From the NCBI RefSeq assembly GCF_025363195.1, contig NZ_JANYEK010000048.1:4629-68628 (forward strand): a DNA stretch of 64,000 nucleotides. Reading direction: 5' to 3'. A model generated the notes under the pieces. That model made no database searches. It saw nothing but the letters and a program-made list of their open reading frames with translations, and was not told the DNA's origin. Below, in pieces: positions 52,359 to 62,205 of the stretch. The stretch is from Sphingomonas sp. (GTDB lineage Bacteria > Pseudomonadota > Alphaproteobacteria > Sphingomonadales > Sphingomonadaceae). The stretch's first letter is position 1, and each line of letters starts with the position of its first letter. The translations under genes were made by a program, and so were the position numbers.

Positions 52359-52549
52359 GAATCCTAATCCTTCTTTACGAATCTGAATTTCGGGTATGGC
52401 GTCCGAATGCCACAGAACAGCGCACAAGCAAAGGGGGTCAACAGCACCGCAACGTCCGCATACAATGGCTGTGACCGGAGCCGGGCCACTGCCTTCGCCA
52501 GACAACGGGAATGGTGTAGAGACGTCGTGAGCCAGGGAGGGGAACGCCC

Positions 52550-53791
52550 ATGAAGTTCGATCATCGCGCCGTGCCGATCGCATTAGCCGCCGTGCTGATC
52601 GACACCATCGGCTTCGGCATCGTCATCCCCGTCCTGCCGCGATTGCTGATGACGCTGGACCATGCCGATATCGAACACGCCACGCGGATCGGCGGCTGGA
52701 TGCTGGTGGCCTTTGCCGGGATGCAGTTCTTCTCCGGCCCGGTGCTTGGCAATCTCAGCGACCGGTTCGGTCGTCGCCCGGTGCTGATCGCCTCGATGCT
52801 CAGCTTCGGGCTGGATTACGGGCTGATGGCCTGGGCGCCGACGATAGCCTGGTTGTTCCTCGGCCGCGCCATCGCAGGGGTCGCGGGCGCGGTCTACGGC
52901 CCGGCCGGATCGGTGATCGCAGACGTCACCCCACCGGAGAAACGCGGGCCGACATTCGCGCTGATCGGCGCGGCGTTCGGCCTTGGCTTCATCATCGGCC
53001 CGGCGCTCGGGGGCTTGCTGTCGGTGTGGGGCCCGCGCGCCCCCTTCTTCGCGGCCGCTATCCTCGCGCTCACCAATGCGCTGGTGATGTTTTTCGCCAT
53101 GCCGGAGACGCTGGCGCCAGAAAATCGCCGCGCGTTCCGCTGGCGTGATGCGCATATCGTCGCCTCGTTCCGCCCGCTTTTCCATGCCGGTGTCGCCGGG
53201 CCGCTGCTGCTCGCCGCCTTCCTGTGGCAGCTGGCGCACATGGTCTATCCCGCCACCTGGGGTTTCTGGGCGACGGCGCGTCTGGGTTTCGATGCGAAGG
53301 CGATCGGCTGGAGCCTAACCCTGGTCGGCGTGCTCGGCGTGATCGTGCAGGGCGGGCTGGTCGGCAGGATCATGGCGCGTATCGGCGAACGCCGCGCATT
53401 GTTGATCGGGCTGCTGACGGGATCGCTCTCCTTCCTCGGTTATGCCTTCGTTACCGCGTGGTGGCAGATCATTCCGCTGTTCATCGTCAGCGCCTTTTCA
53501 GGTCTCGCCATGCCGGCGGTGCAGGGCCTGTTGTCGCGCATGGTCGATGCGAGCCGACAGGGGCAGTTACAGGGCGGGATAGGCAGCATGGGCAGCGTCG
53601 CCGCGATCCTCGGCCCCTTCGCCTTGACGCAGGCACTGGCGACGGGGATCGACCACGACTTCCCCGGTGCGGCCTTCGTCCTCGCCGGGCTGCTCGGACT
53701 GGCGGCAAGCGGCATCATCGTCTGGAAAGTGCTCGGACAGGTGCCGGAAAAGGCGGCATCGGCCGACGCGCCAGCGGATAGCGTTGCGTGA
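52550..53791 (+). CDS. TCR/Tet family MFS transporter
   Basis: D.IGFGIVIPVLP, GNLSDRFGRRPVL motif A, GFIIGPALGG, PETL. Confidence 0.9.
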   Translation: MKFDHRAVPIALAAVLIDTIGFGIVIPVLPRLLMTLDHADIEHATRIGGWMLVAFAGMQFFSGPVLGNLSDRFGRRPVLIASMLSFGLDYGLMAWAPTIAWLFLGRAIAGVAGAVYGPAGSVIADVTPPEKRGPTFALIGAAFGLGFIIGPALGGLLSVWGPRAPFFAAAILALTNALVMFFAMPETLAPENRRAFRWRDAHIVASFRPLFHAGVAGPLLLAAFLWQLAHMVYPATWGFWATARLGFDAKAIGWSLTLVGVLGVIVQGGLVGRIMARIGERRALLIGLLTGSLSFLGYAFVTAWWQIIPLFIVSAFSGLAMPAVQGLLSRMVDASRQGQLQGGIGSMGSVAAILGPFALTQALATGIDHDFPGAAFVLAGLLGLAASGIIVWKVLGQVPEKAASADAPADSVA

Positions 53792-53949
53792 AGGAACACC
53801 CGTCACTGGGGCACCCTATGCCAAGGGGGCGGCGATCCAGCCCGCCGCGACGCCAATGACCCATAAGCACAGGAAAGTCCTGTTCGGCCAGACCGCGAAG
53901 ACGGGGGCTGAATTTTAGCGGGGACGCCAAAATGACGTCCCCTATTATT

Positions 53950-54636
53950 TCATTTCTTGACCGCAGCCGCAGCGGGCACGATCGCACCAGCGACCGGAAC
54001 GCTGGCCGCTGGTGCGGCCACGACGACTGGCTTCACCGCAGCCATATTGACGACAAACGGAACGTTTTCGTCGATGAACCCCTTGACCGGCGCGCCGAGA
54101 GCGATCTTCGCGCTTGTGCCGGTCATAAAGAAGCCGGCCGGCAAGAACACGACCGCTGACACGGCCGTCGCACCGATACCGCCTGCCGTGCCTTTGTTGT
54201 CAAAGGCTCCAGACAGACGGATTTGTCGCCCGTTGGCCGTCAGATACAGAATCCTCGCGCCCAGATGGCCCGACTTGCCCCACATACCTTTGTTGCGAAC
54301 GTCCGTAATCTCCCCGACGGCGGGCGATCCTGCTGGCACTACAACGGAGCCGTTGACGACGATGTTTTCCGCAACTTCCATATTGAACCGCTGCCCTACC
54401 GAGAGTTTCTTGCCCTTGGTCGTCAGTTCTTCGCTGATTCTCAGCGGCACCGGCGTTCCAACCCGTAGGATACTTTCCCCTGCAACCGGCTGCAAAACTA
54501 CGCCGTTGGCAGGGATGGTCTGCGGAACAGCGGCGGCAACAACTGGCTTAACCGCGGGGGCCGGGATGGCAACCTGTGCAAAGGCGGTGCCGGAAACGGC
54601 AGACGCAAGAATGACGGTCGCGAAAAGTGAACGCAT
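53950..54636 (-). CDS. Hypothetical secreted protein
   Basis: Signal peptide, beta-rich core (GTPV...ELTT...VGQRF...KGMWGKSG), Gly-rich hydrophobic hairpin, Ala/Pro/Val tails. Hairpin downstream at 53920-53942. Confidence 0.75.
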   Translation of the reverse strand: MRSLFATVILASAVSGTAFAQVAIPAPAVKPVVAAAVPQTIPANGVVLQPVAGESILRVGTPVPLRISEELTTKGKKLSVGQRFNMEVAENIVVNGSVVVPAGSPAVGEITDVRNKGMWGKSGHLGARILYLTANGRQIRLSGAFDNKGTAGGIGATAVSAVVFLPAGFFMTGTSAKIALGAPVKGFIDENVPFVVNMAAVKPVVVAAPAASVPVAGAIVPAAAAVKK

Positions 54637-54749
54637 AAATAAAAATCCCCCCAGGGTGTAGTGTAGTTCCCCAGCAACACATCTCAATCAGCGGATTTCA
54701 TGAGTCAATACGGTAGGACACGGAAATGATTGTATTCCTTGGATCACCC

Positions 54750-55553
54750 TCACATCTCCCGTCCCGCCCGCCGCGACAGCCCCACATCGAGATGCGCGCC
54801 CGCATCGATCAGCATCGTCTCGCCGCTGATCGCGCGGGCGTCGGGGCCGAGCAGCATCACGATCGGTCCGGAAATGTCGTCCGGTCCGGCGGCGATGCCC
54901 AAGGGCGTCTTGCTGGCGATCGAGGCGTTGAGCGCGGCGAAGCCTTCCTCGCCCAGCCGTTTCTCGAACCAGCCGGTGCCGACATAGCCCGGCGCGACCG
55001 CGTTGACCCGAATCGCGGGGGAAAGCGCGCGGGCGAGGCTTTTGGTCATCGTCACCAGCGCGCCCTTCGACGCAGCATAGGCCACCGACGATCCGTTGCC
55101 GAACATGCCCGCCACCGACGCGACGTTGACTACCGCGCCGGGCCCGTCGCCTCGTTCGAACCCGGCCTTCATCACCGGCGCGCACGCCCGGATCATCTGG
55201 AACGGTGCGATCGTATTGAGCCGGTAGATATCGACGAAATCTTCCGCCGTCAGCGCCTCCAGATCTTCGTGATTGGCGAATTTGGTCCGCCCGGCATTGT
55301 TGACCAGAAAATCGATCCGCCCGAACGCATCCACCGCCGCCGCCGCCAAGGCGCGGCACGCCGCATCGTCGACGACATCGGCCTGCACCGCGATCGCCCC
55401 ATTGCCGACCTCCGCCGCCAATGCCTCCGCCTCGCCCCGGCTCGAGGCATAGTTGATCACGCAGCGCACACCCTGCGCGGCAAGCTTGCGCACCACCGAG
55501 GCGCCAATCCCGGTGCCGCCTCCGGTAACGATCGCGACTGCGTCCTGCATCAT
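54750..55553 (-). CDS. SDR family oxidoreductase
   Basis: TGGGTGIG, NNAG, YAASK, VNAVAPG. Confidence 0.93.
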   Translation of the reverse strand: MMQDAVAIVTGGGTGIGASVVRKLAAQGVRCVINYASSRGEAEALAAEVGNGAIAVQADVVDDAACRALAAAAVDAFGRIDFLVNNAGRTKFANHEDLEALTAEDFVDIYRLNTIAPFQMIRACAPVMKAGFERGDGPGAVVNVASVAGMFGNGSSVAYAASKGALVTMTKSLARALSPAIRVNAVAPGYVGTGWFEKRLGEEGFAALNASIASKTPLGIAAGPDDISGPIVMLLGPDARAISGETMLIDAGAHLDVGLSRRAGREM

Positions 55554-55631
55554 GCCCTCATCCTCCACGATTCTGTTTTTCGAACATCGCGTATGGCATT
55601 TCGCCGGACGCTGGCCTAGCGAACTCGACCT

Positions 55632-57197
55632 ATGAGCACCGAACCGCGCGACCACGCCCCGCCTTCCACCCATACCGCCGCCGAGATGCTGGCCGGCGAA
55701 TTCGCCACCCTCCCCGATCTGATCCGCGCCCATGCCCGCGATCAGGGCGACAAGATCGCGCTCGCCGAGGCCGGGGGAGAACTCGATTATGCGGGGCTCG
55801 ACGCATTGACGGACCGCATCGCCGCCGCCTTGCAGCGCGACGGCGTACAACAGGGCGCATCGGTCGCGATCGTCGCCTCCGCCAGCATCGAGAATGCCGC
55901 CGTGTTCCTTGGCGCACTGCGCGCCGGCTGCGTCGCGACTCCGCTCGCTCCGTCTTCGACCGGCGAGGCCCTCGTGGCGATGATCACCGATTGCGGCGCG
56001 CCGATCACCTTCATCGATGGCGACGCCGCGACCACGCTCGCCGGGCAGCACGTGCCCGGCAAGCTTGTCCACCTGAAGTCGCTCGCCACCTGGCTCGCCC
56101 CGGAAGGCGCACGGCCCGCTCCGGTGACGATCCCGCCGGAAGACGGCTTCAACATCATCTATTCCAGTGGCACCACCGGCACGCCCAAGGGCATCGTGCA
56201 GAGCCACGCGATGCGTTGGGCGCACATCGCCCGCAACGCCGCCGCCGGGTTCGACCAGGCGGTGACGATGATCGCGACGCCGCTCTATTCAAACACCACG
56301 CTCGTCAGTTTCCTGCCGACCCTGGGCTGGGGCGGCACCGTCGTGCTGATGAAGAAGTTCGACGCGCGCGGTTACTGCCAATTGGCCGAGCGCCATCGCG
56401 CGACCCACACGATGCTCGTGCCGGTGCAATATCAGCGCATCATGGCCCTGCCCGATTTCGACGGCTTCGATCTCACCAGCTTCCGTCTCAAGACCAGTAC
56501 CAGCGCCCCCTTCGCGCCCGCGTTGAAGGCCGATGTGCTGGCGCGCTGGCCCGGCATGCTGCTGGAATATTATGGCATGACCGAGGGCGGGGCATCGACC
56601 GGCCTCAACGCCACCGCGCATCCCGACAAATTGCACACCGTCGGCCAGCCGCTGCCCGGTCACGAAATCCGCCTGATCGACGAAAATGACAACGAGGTCG
56701 CGCCGGGCGAGATGGGCGAGGTGGTCGGCCGGTCCCCGACGATGATGACTGGCTATCACGGCCGCGCCGAGGCCACCGCATCCGCCGAATGGCACGACGC
56801 GGACGGCAATCGCTATATCCGTCACGGCGATGTCGGGCGCTTCGATGAAGACGGCTTCCTGATCCTGCTCGACCGCAAGAAGGATCTGATCATCTCGGGC
56901 GGATTCAACATCTACCCGACCGATCTGGAGGCCGTTCTGCGCCAGCATCCGGCGGTGGCCGATTGCAGCGTCATCGGTGTGGCGAGCGAGGCGTGGGGCG
57001 AAACCCCGGTCGGCTTCTACGTGCAGCACACCGGCGAGAATTCCAGCGCGGAAGAGATCCGCCAATGGACCAACGCGCAGCTCGGCAAGACGCAGCGCCT
57101 GTCGGAACTCCACGCGATCGACGAACTGCCGAGGAGCGCGATCGGCAAGGTGCTAAAGCGCGAATTGCGCGACCGGCTCGTGGGCGTCGCGGCATGA
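55632..57197 (+). CDS. Acyl-CoA synthetase (class I adenylate-forming enzyme)
   Basis: YSSGTTGTPKG, YGMTE, GD.G, DRKKD, IGKV. Confidence 0.94.
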   Translation: MSTEPRDHAPPSTHTAAEMLAGEFATLPDLIRAHARDQGDKIALAEAGGELDYAGLDALTDRIAAALQRDGVQQGASVAIVASASIENAAVFLGALRAGCVATPLAPSSTGEALVAMITDCGAPITFIDGDAATTLAGQHVPGKLVHLKSLATWLAPEGARPAPVTIPPEDGFNIIYSSGTTGTPKGIVQSHAMRWAHIARNAAAGFDQAVTMIATPLYSNTTLVSFLPTLGWGGTVVLMKKFDARGYCQLAERHRATHTMLVPVQYQRIMALPDFDGFDLTSFRLKTSTSAPFAPALKADVLARWPGMLLEYYGMTEGGASTGLNATAHPDKLHTVGQPLPGHEIRLIDENDNEVAPGEMGEVVGRSPTMMTGYHGRAEATASAEWHDADGNRYIRHGDVGRFDEDGFLILLDRKKDLIISGGFNIYPTDLEAVLRQHPAVADCSVIGVASEAWGETPVGFYVQHTGENSSAEEIRQWTNAQLGKTQRLSELHAIDELPRSAIGKVLKRELRDRLVGVAA

Positions 57198-57967
57198 CGT
57201 CGCTGGTCGATATCCTTGCTGCCGCAACGCCGACCGACACCGGCTTCGCCGCCAGCATTCCTTCGAACTGGCTGCAGGGGCGCACCGCCTATGGCGGCTT
57301 GTCCAGCGCATTGGCGCTCCACGCCGCGCAGGCCTGCGAGCCGGATCTGCCGCCGCTGCGGTCGGCGCAGGTGTCGTTCATCGGACCATTGGCGGGCGAG
57401 GTCACCGTCACCGCAACGAAGCTGCGCCGCGGGCGCAACGCGGCCTTCATCCAGTCCGACATCACATCCGAAGCGGGCCTCGGCTACCGCGCGACCTTCG
57501 TCTTCATGGCCAATCAGGACTCCCGCGTCGACTTGGACACCGCCTCGCCCGCAGCGCAGACGCCGCCTGCGCCCGGCACGAAGCTGTATGTCGGCCCACC
57601 CGAATTCTTCACCGGCAATTTCGAATTCTTCGATTACAAAAATGAACCAGGCGCCGCGACGTGGTTGCGCTGGGCGCGCCTGCGTGACCGCTCGCCACTC
57701 CATCCGATGGTCGAGATCATAGCGATCGGCGACGCCTTGCCGCCCGCCGCGTTCAAGCTGTTCGGCAAGGAATTCGTGCCGCTTTCCTCGCTGACTTGGC
57801 TGGTCAACCTGCTTACGCCCACCCCCGCCACGACCGATGGCTGGTGGCTGCTCGCCGCCGAATCGCAATTCGCGCGGAACGGGTCTTCCAGTCAGACAAT
57901 GGCAATTTGGAATGCCGACGGGGTGAAAATCGCCGAGGGCATGCAGAGCGTCGCGATCTTCGGCTGA
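57194..57967 (+). CDS. Acyl-CoA thioesterase (TesB-like double hot-dog)
   Basis: WLQGRTAYGG, DALPPA, SSLTW. ATGA overlap with the ligase. Confidence 0.88.
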   Translation: MTSLVDILAAATPTDTGFAASIPSNWLQGRTAYGGLSSALALHAAQACEPDLPPLRSAQVSFIGPLAGEVTVTATKLRRGRNAAFIQSDITSEAGLGYRATFVFMANQDSRVDLDTASPAAQTPPAPGTKLYVGPPEFFTGNFEFFDYKNEPGAATWLRWARLRDRSPLHPMVEIIAIGDALPPAAFKLFGKEFVPLSSLTWLVNLLTPTPATTDGWWLLAAESQFARNGSSSQTMAIWNADGVKIAEGMQSVAIFG

Positions 57968-58024
57968 AGCACCGCGACATTTGAGCGTGAGCCGAATTAA
58001 AGGTGTGAGCGGAGACGAAACCTC

Positions 58025-58041
58025 TGCGACAAGTTGCGACA
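58025..58041 (+). promoter_or_regulatory. Direct repeat TGCGACA-N3-TGCGACA, putative OmpR-family binding site
   Basis: 10-bp-period direct repeat about 100 bp upstream of the EF-hand gene, with further GACA half-sites at 58056-58073. Confidence 0.55.
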
Positions 58042-58143
58042 GTTTTCCCCGCCCCTGACACATGGCCGCGACAGGCTTGGTGCATTACCCTGTTCAGGAC
58101 GCGGATCGGCTGCGTCGTTTCGTGAACAAGGAATTCCAGGGCC

Positions 58144-58815
58144 ATGAAGATACTCATTCTCGCCGCCGCCCTCGCCAGCACTGCAATGGGTGGTGTCGCC
58201 ATCGCCGGACATACTGCCGCGCCCGCCGAGAAAGGTGGCCGCATGATGCAGCCCGACGCTAATGGTGAGGTCACCCGCCCCGAATTCCTCGCCCGCGCCG
58301 GCGCACGTTTCGATGCGCGCGACACCAACAAGGACGGAACGATCTCCGGCGACGAACTGACGGGTCGCGACGGCAAGGTCCGGCCCAATGCCCGGCCAAT
58401 CACGCGCGCCGCCGCAATGGCCCGCGCGGCTGCGATGTTCGACAGGCTCGACACCAACAAGGACGGCAAGCTCGACGCGACCGAGCGTCAGGCGATGCTG
58501 GACCGGATGGGCAGCAGGCGTCCCGGCGGCGGCGAAGGCCCGGACGGCGCGGTGCCCCCGCCCCCTGCCGCTCCCGATGGCCCACACGCCATGAACGGTG
58601 GCCATCACGGCAAGATGCTCGCCAGGCTCGACACCAATCATGACGGCAAGATCACCCGGGACGAGATGCGTGCCGAGGCCGACAAGCGTTTCGCCAAGCT
58701 CGACACCAATAAGGATGGGTTCGTCGATGCGACCGAACTTGCCGCCGGCCGCCCGCACCACATCAGGGGCATGGGCGGCCCCGGTGCCACGCCCCCGGCC
58801 GTCACGGGACAATAG
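58144..58815 (+). CDS. Secreted EF-hand protein
   Basis: Signal peptide, four canonical DTNxDGxxxxxE loops and one degenerate loop. Confidence 0.88.
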   Translation: MKILILAAALASTAMGGVAIAGHTAAPAEKGGRMMQPDANGEVTRPEFLARAGARFDARDTNKDGTISGDELTGRDGKVRPNARPITRAAAMARAAAMFDRLDTNKDGKLDATERQAMLDRMGSRRPGGGEGPDGAVPPPPAAPDGPHAMNGGHHGKMLARLDTNHDGKITRDEMRAEADKRFAKLDTNKDGFVDATELAAGRPHHIRGMGGPGATPPAVTGQ

Positions 58816-58922
58816 TTCTGCGGCCCGCATCTCGCTGACCGGGCTGCCGGGGGGGCCTGCCCTTTTGGCAGCGTCCGAGCCTGGCCTTTCCTGTCCCAGC
58901 CTTCTTTCGCACAGGGATTATC

Positions 58923-59660
58923 ATGCTAAGCCCCGAACCGATGGGAGAGTTGCCACATCTGCTGCTGGTCGATGACGAGCGCTCTATCCGCGAGCCGCTC
59001 GCCACCTATCTCGGCAAGCAGGGGTTCCGCGTGACCCAGGCGGGCGATGCCGAGACGGCGCGCACTCGCCTTGCCGCCTATTCGATCGACCTCGTCGTGC
59101 TCGACATCATGATGCCGGGCGAGGATGGCCTGAGCCTCACGCGGCACATCCGCGAAACCGGCGAAATCCCGGTCATCCTGCTCACCGCACGCAGTGAGGA
59201 GACCGACCGTATCGTCGGGCTGGAGATGGGCGCCGACGATTATGTCGTAAAACCCTTCTCCCCACGCGAACTGTCCGCCCGGATCAAGGTCATCCTGCGC
59301 CGCGCCGCCGCCGGTGGCTCGCGCCAGCACGCGCCGGACAGCGGATCGTTCGCCTTTGCTGGATGGGTGCTGAAATCCGGCGAGCGCGCTTTGGTCGACC
59401 GCGAGGGCGTGTCGGTGCCGCTGTCGACCGGCGAGTATAATCTGCTGCAGGCGCTCGTGACGCGCCCACGTCAGGTTTTGACCCGCGACCAGTTGCTCGA
59501 CCTGACGCAAGGTCGCGAGGCCGCCGCGTTCGACCGTGCGATCGACAATCAGGTCAGCCGCCTGCGCCGCAAGATCGAGGCCGATCCGAAGAATCCCGAC
59601 CTCATCAAAACGGTGTGGGGCGGCGGCTATACGCTGGCGTCGGAAGTCACAAGATTGTGA
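58923..59660 (+). CDS. OmpR-family response regulator
   Basis: VDDE, LDIMMPGEDG, GADDYVVKPF, DR.ID..VSRLRRK, TVWGGGY. The start may be 58941. Confidence 0.95.
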   Translation: MLSPEPMGELPHLLLVDDERSIREPLATYLGKQGFRVTQAGDAETARTRLAAYSIDLVVLDIMMPGEDGLSLTRHIRETGEIPVILLTARSEETDRIVGLEMGADDYVVKPFSPRELSARIKVILRRAAAGGSRQHAPDSGSFAFAGWVLKSGERALVDREGVSVPLSTGEYNLLQALVTRPRQVLTRDQLLDLTQGREAAAFDRAIDNQVSRLRRKIEADPKNPDLIKTVWGGGYTLASEVTRL

Positions 59661-59667
59661 TTGGCGC

Positions 59668-61017
59668 GTGAAGCATGTCCGCTTGTGGCCGCGCAGCCTT
59701 GCAGGCCAGATGGCGCTCATCATCGCCATCGCCTTGTTCGTTGCGCAGGCGATCAACTTCATGCTGCTGCTGCAGGAACGGAAGAATTTTCGTTACGAAC
59801 AGGCCACTGGTCCCGCCGTCGCGCGCATCGTCGACGCGGTGGAGCGGGTCAGTGCTGGCGGCGTGGTCGAACGGGGCGGAGGTCGCGTGCGCGTGCTGCC
59901 CGCATCGCCGATCCGGCCTAATGCCGAACATCACGCGGAGATCGAACAGGGCGTGCGCGAGGCCTTGGGTGAAGCGGGCCTGAAAGTCGGCCGGATCGAA
60001 ACCGGCGTGCGCGACATCCGCGCCGACAGCCCGCGTCTAAAGGGGCTCAATCCCCGTCTGGCCCAGCGCATGATCCGGCGCGGCGGCGAATTACTCATCG
60101 CAGTCGAGCAGCCCGGAGGCAACTGGCTGGTGCTCACATCGCCCTGGCCGCGCGCCGACATGGAAATGATCTGGCGCACCATCGCGCAGACGCTGATCCT
60201 CTACGGTATCGTGCTGCTGCCGGTGCTATGGATCGGTCGCCGCATCTCCCGCCCCTTGCGCAGCCTCGCGCTCGCCGCGCGCAGCTTCACCCCCGGCCAG
60301 GTCGATACACCGATCGCCGAGGGCGGGCCGCAGGATCTGCGCGACGTGGTCAGCGCGTTCAACGCGCTCCGGTTGCGCGTCACCGCGATGCTCGACGAGA
60401 AGGATCGGATGCTGGGCGCGATCGGTCATGATTTGCGCACGCCGCTTGCGGCGCTTCGCGTCCGGATCGAATCGGTCGAGGACGACGCCGATCGGAACAA
60501 GATGGCCGACACGATCATGGAAATGGATCGCACGCTCGACGACATTCTCAGCCTCGCCCGCCTTGGGCGCCCCAGCGAACCGCTCACCGATGTCGATCTG
60601 GCGGCATTGGTCGATGCGGTGGTCGAGGATTTCCGCGATCTGGGGGCCGAGGTAACGTTCGACGAGGACACACCGCGCCTCAGGATGCGCCTCCGCCCCT
60701 CACTGATGCGCCGTGCAGTGCGCAACCTGATCGAGAACGCCGTAAAATACGGCACATCCGCCGAAGTCACCATCGCGGCCACCCCGGGCCAGATCGACAT
60801 CGTCGTCGCGGATATCGGGCCAGGAATCCCCGAGGAGCGCCTGAACGACGTGTTCGATCCTTTCACCCGACTGGAGACCTCCCGCAATCGCGATACCGGC
60901 GGGATCGGCCTGGGGCTGGCACTGGCACGGGCGATCGTCGGCGATGCCGGGGGCCGGATCATGCTGGAGAACCGCCCCGGCGGCGGATTGAACGCGATCA
61001 TCGCGCTGCCGCGCTGA
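59668..61017 (+). CDS. HAMP sensor histidine kinase (EnvZ-like)
   Basis: Two TMs, HAMP, HDLRTPL, NLIENAVKY, D.GPGI, GIGLGL. GTG start inferred. Confidence 0.93.
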   Translation: MKHVRLWPRSLAGQMALIIAIALFVAQAINFMLLLQERKNFRYEQATGPAVARIVDAVERVSAGGVVERGGGRVRVLPASPIRPNAEHHAEIEQGVREALGEAGLKVGRIETGVRDIRADSPRLKGLNPRLAQRMIRRGGELLIAVEQPGGNWLVLTSPWPRADMEMIWRTIAQTLILYGIVLLPVLWIGRRISRPLRSLALAARSFTPGQVDTPIAEGGPQDLRDVVSAFNALRLRVTAMLDEKDRMLGAIGHDLRTPLAALRVRIESVEDDADRNKMADTIMEMDRTLDDILSLARLGRPSEPLTDVDLAALVDAVVEDFRDLGAEVTFDEDTPRLRMRLRPSLMRRAVRNLIENAVKYGTSAEVTIAATPGQIDIVVADIGPGIPEERLNDVFDPFTRLETSRNRDTGGIGLGLALARAIVGDAGGRIMLENRPGGGLNAIIALPR

Positions 61018-61043
61018 ACACGGCGGTTCAACCGATAAAAAAT

Positions 61044-61128
61044 TGGTGCGGGCGGTCGGAATCGAACCGACACTCCTTTCGGAACCGGATTTTGAGTCCG
61101 GCGCGTCTACCAGTTCCACCACGCCCGC
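61044..61128 (-). tRNA. tRNA-Leu (anticodon CAA)
   Basis: GCGGGCG acceptor, CCGGA-CTCAAAA-TCCGG anticodon arm, long variable arm, GTTCGAT, CCA. 85 nt. Confidence 0.96.
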
Positions 61129-61279
61129 ATCGGCCAGGACGGATCGGACGTTGCCGCCCCCGTAATCGCGAGCGGGCAGATGGCATATCTGGTCGCATGG
61201 CGTCCAGCCCCTTTTGCGGCAGGCCAGCCGCTTTCGCGATGGGGTTGCCGGCTGACCCGCCACCGGGAATGATGCGGGG

Positions 61280-61651
61280 ATGGACGATCCCATCCCCGTT
61301 TCCGACATGGACCATGTCCGCGCCCTGCTGATCGCAGCCGCACGCGACCGGCGCGCGATGAGCTATTCGGAAATTCTTCAACTGCTCGGCCATCGGTTCA
61401 CCCGGCCCAAGATGCGCGCGTTGTGCATAACATTGGACGCAATCGATACGGCCGCCGCGATCAACGACGAACCCGAACTGGCCGTGCTGGTGGTCCGCGA
61501 ATCCGATCGCCTGCCGGGGCAAGGCTGGTGGGTCGGGCTGCACCGGTCCCAGCATAGCTATGCAGGGCCGTGGTCCGGCACGCAGGCGGTGGCCTTTGTC
61601 CGCAGTGTTCAGCAAATCACGTTCGACCATTGGGCCACCCGCCCGCTTTGA
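61280..61651 (+). CDS. Hypothetical winged-helix protein, possibly alkyltransferase-like
   Basis: SYSEILQLLG...RAL...EPELAVLVVRESDRLPGQGWW, directly upstream of ogt. Confidence 0.65.
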   Translation: MDDPIPVSDMDHVRALLIAAARDRRAMSYSEILQLLGHRFTRPKMRALCITLDAIDTAAAINDEPELAVLVVRESDRLPGQGWWVGLHRSQHSYAGPWSGTQAVAFVRSVQQITFDHWATRPL

Positions 61652-61716
61652 TCACAGGAATCGGAATGCGTCGCGCCCTGCAATCGCCCACGTGCAAAGG
61701 GTAAAGGATCGAAACC

Positions 61717-62205
61717 ATGACCTATACCTATAAGACGATGCCCTCCCCGGTCGGCGACCTGAAACTGGTCGCCAGCGAACGCGGCCTGTCGGCGATTCTG
61801 TGGGAGAACGATTCTCCGGACCGCGTCCACCTCGGCGCGATGACCGAGGACGAGGGCAACCCGATCCTCGTCGAAGCCCAACGCCAGATCACCGCCTATT
61901 TCGCCGGGCAGTTGACCGAATTCACCGTACCGCTCGAGTTCCACGGCACCGACTTCCAGAAGAGCGTATGGGCCGCCTTGCTGACCATCCCGTTCGGCGA
62001 GACGCGCAGTTATGGCGAGATCGCACGCCAGATCGGTCGCCCCACTGCGTATCGTGCGGTCGGTGCGGCCAACGGCAAGAACCCGATTTCGATCATCGCC
62101 CCCTGCCACCGCGTGATCGGTTCGAACGGCAGCCTGACGGGGTTTGCGGGCGGGTTGGACGCGAAGGAATTGCTGCTTGGGTTGGAAAGGCGGCGGCTGC
62201 TCTAA
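61717..62205 (+). CDS. ogt: Methylated-DNA-protein-cysteine methyltransferase
   Basis: GTDFQ..VW, IPFGETRSYGEIA, RAVGAANGKNP, PCHRV. Confidence 0.96.
   Translation: MTYTYKTMPSPVGDLKLVASERGLSAILWENDSPDRVHLGAMTEDEGNPILVEAQRQITAYFAGQLTEFTVPLEFHGTDFQKSVWAALLTIPFGETRSYGEIARQIGRPTAYRAVGAANGKNPISIIAPCHRVIGSNGSLTGFAGGLDAKELLLGLERRRLL

Noticed and set aside
52550-53791. Acquired tetracycline resistance gene
   Set aside because: Only family-level TCR/Tet motifs. No tetR, no mobile context, host-like composition.
58144-58815. Lanmodulin
   Set aside because: The loops are DTNxDG, lacking the position-2 proline typical of lanmodulin EF hands, and no lanthanide-linked genes are nearby.
61018-61128. tRNA-Leu as an integration site
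   Set aside because: The 3' end abuts the kinase gene, with no att duplication or mobility gene.
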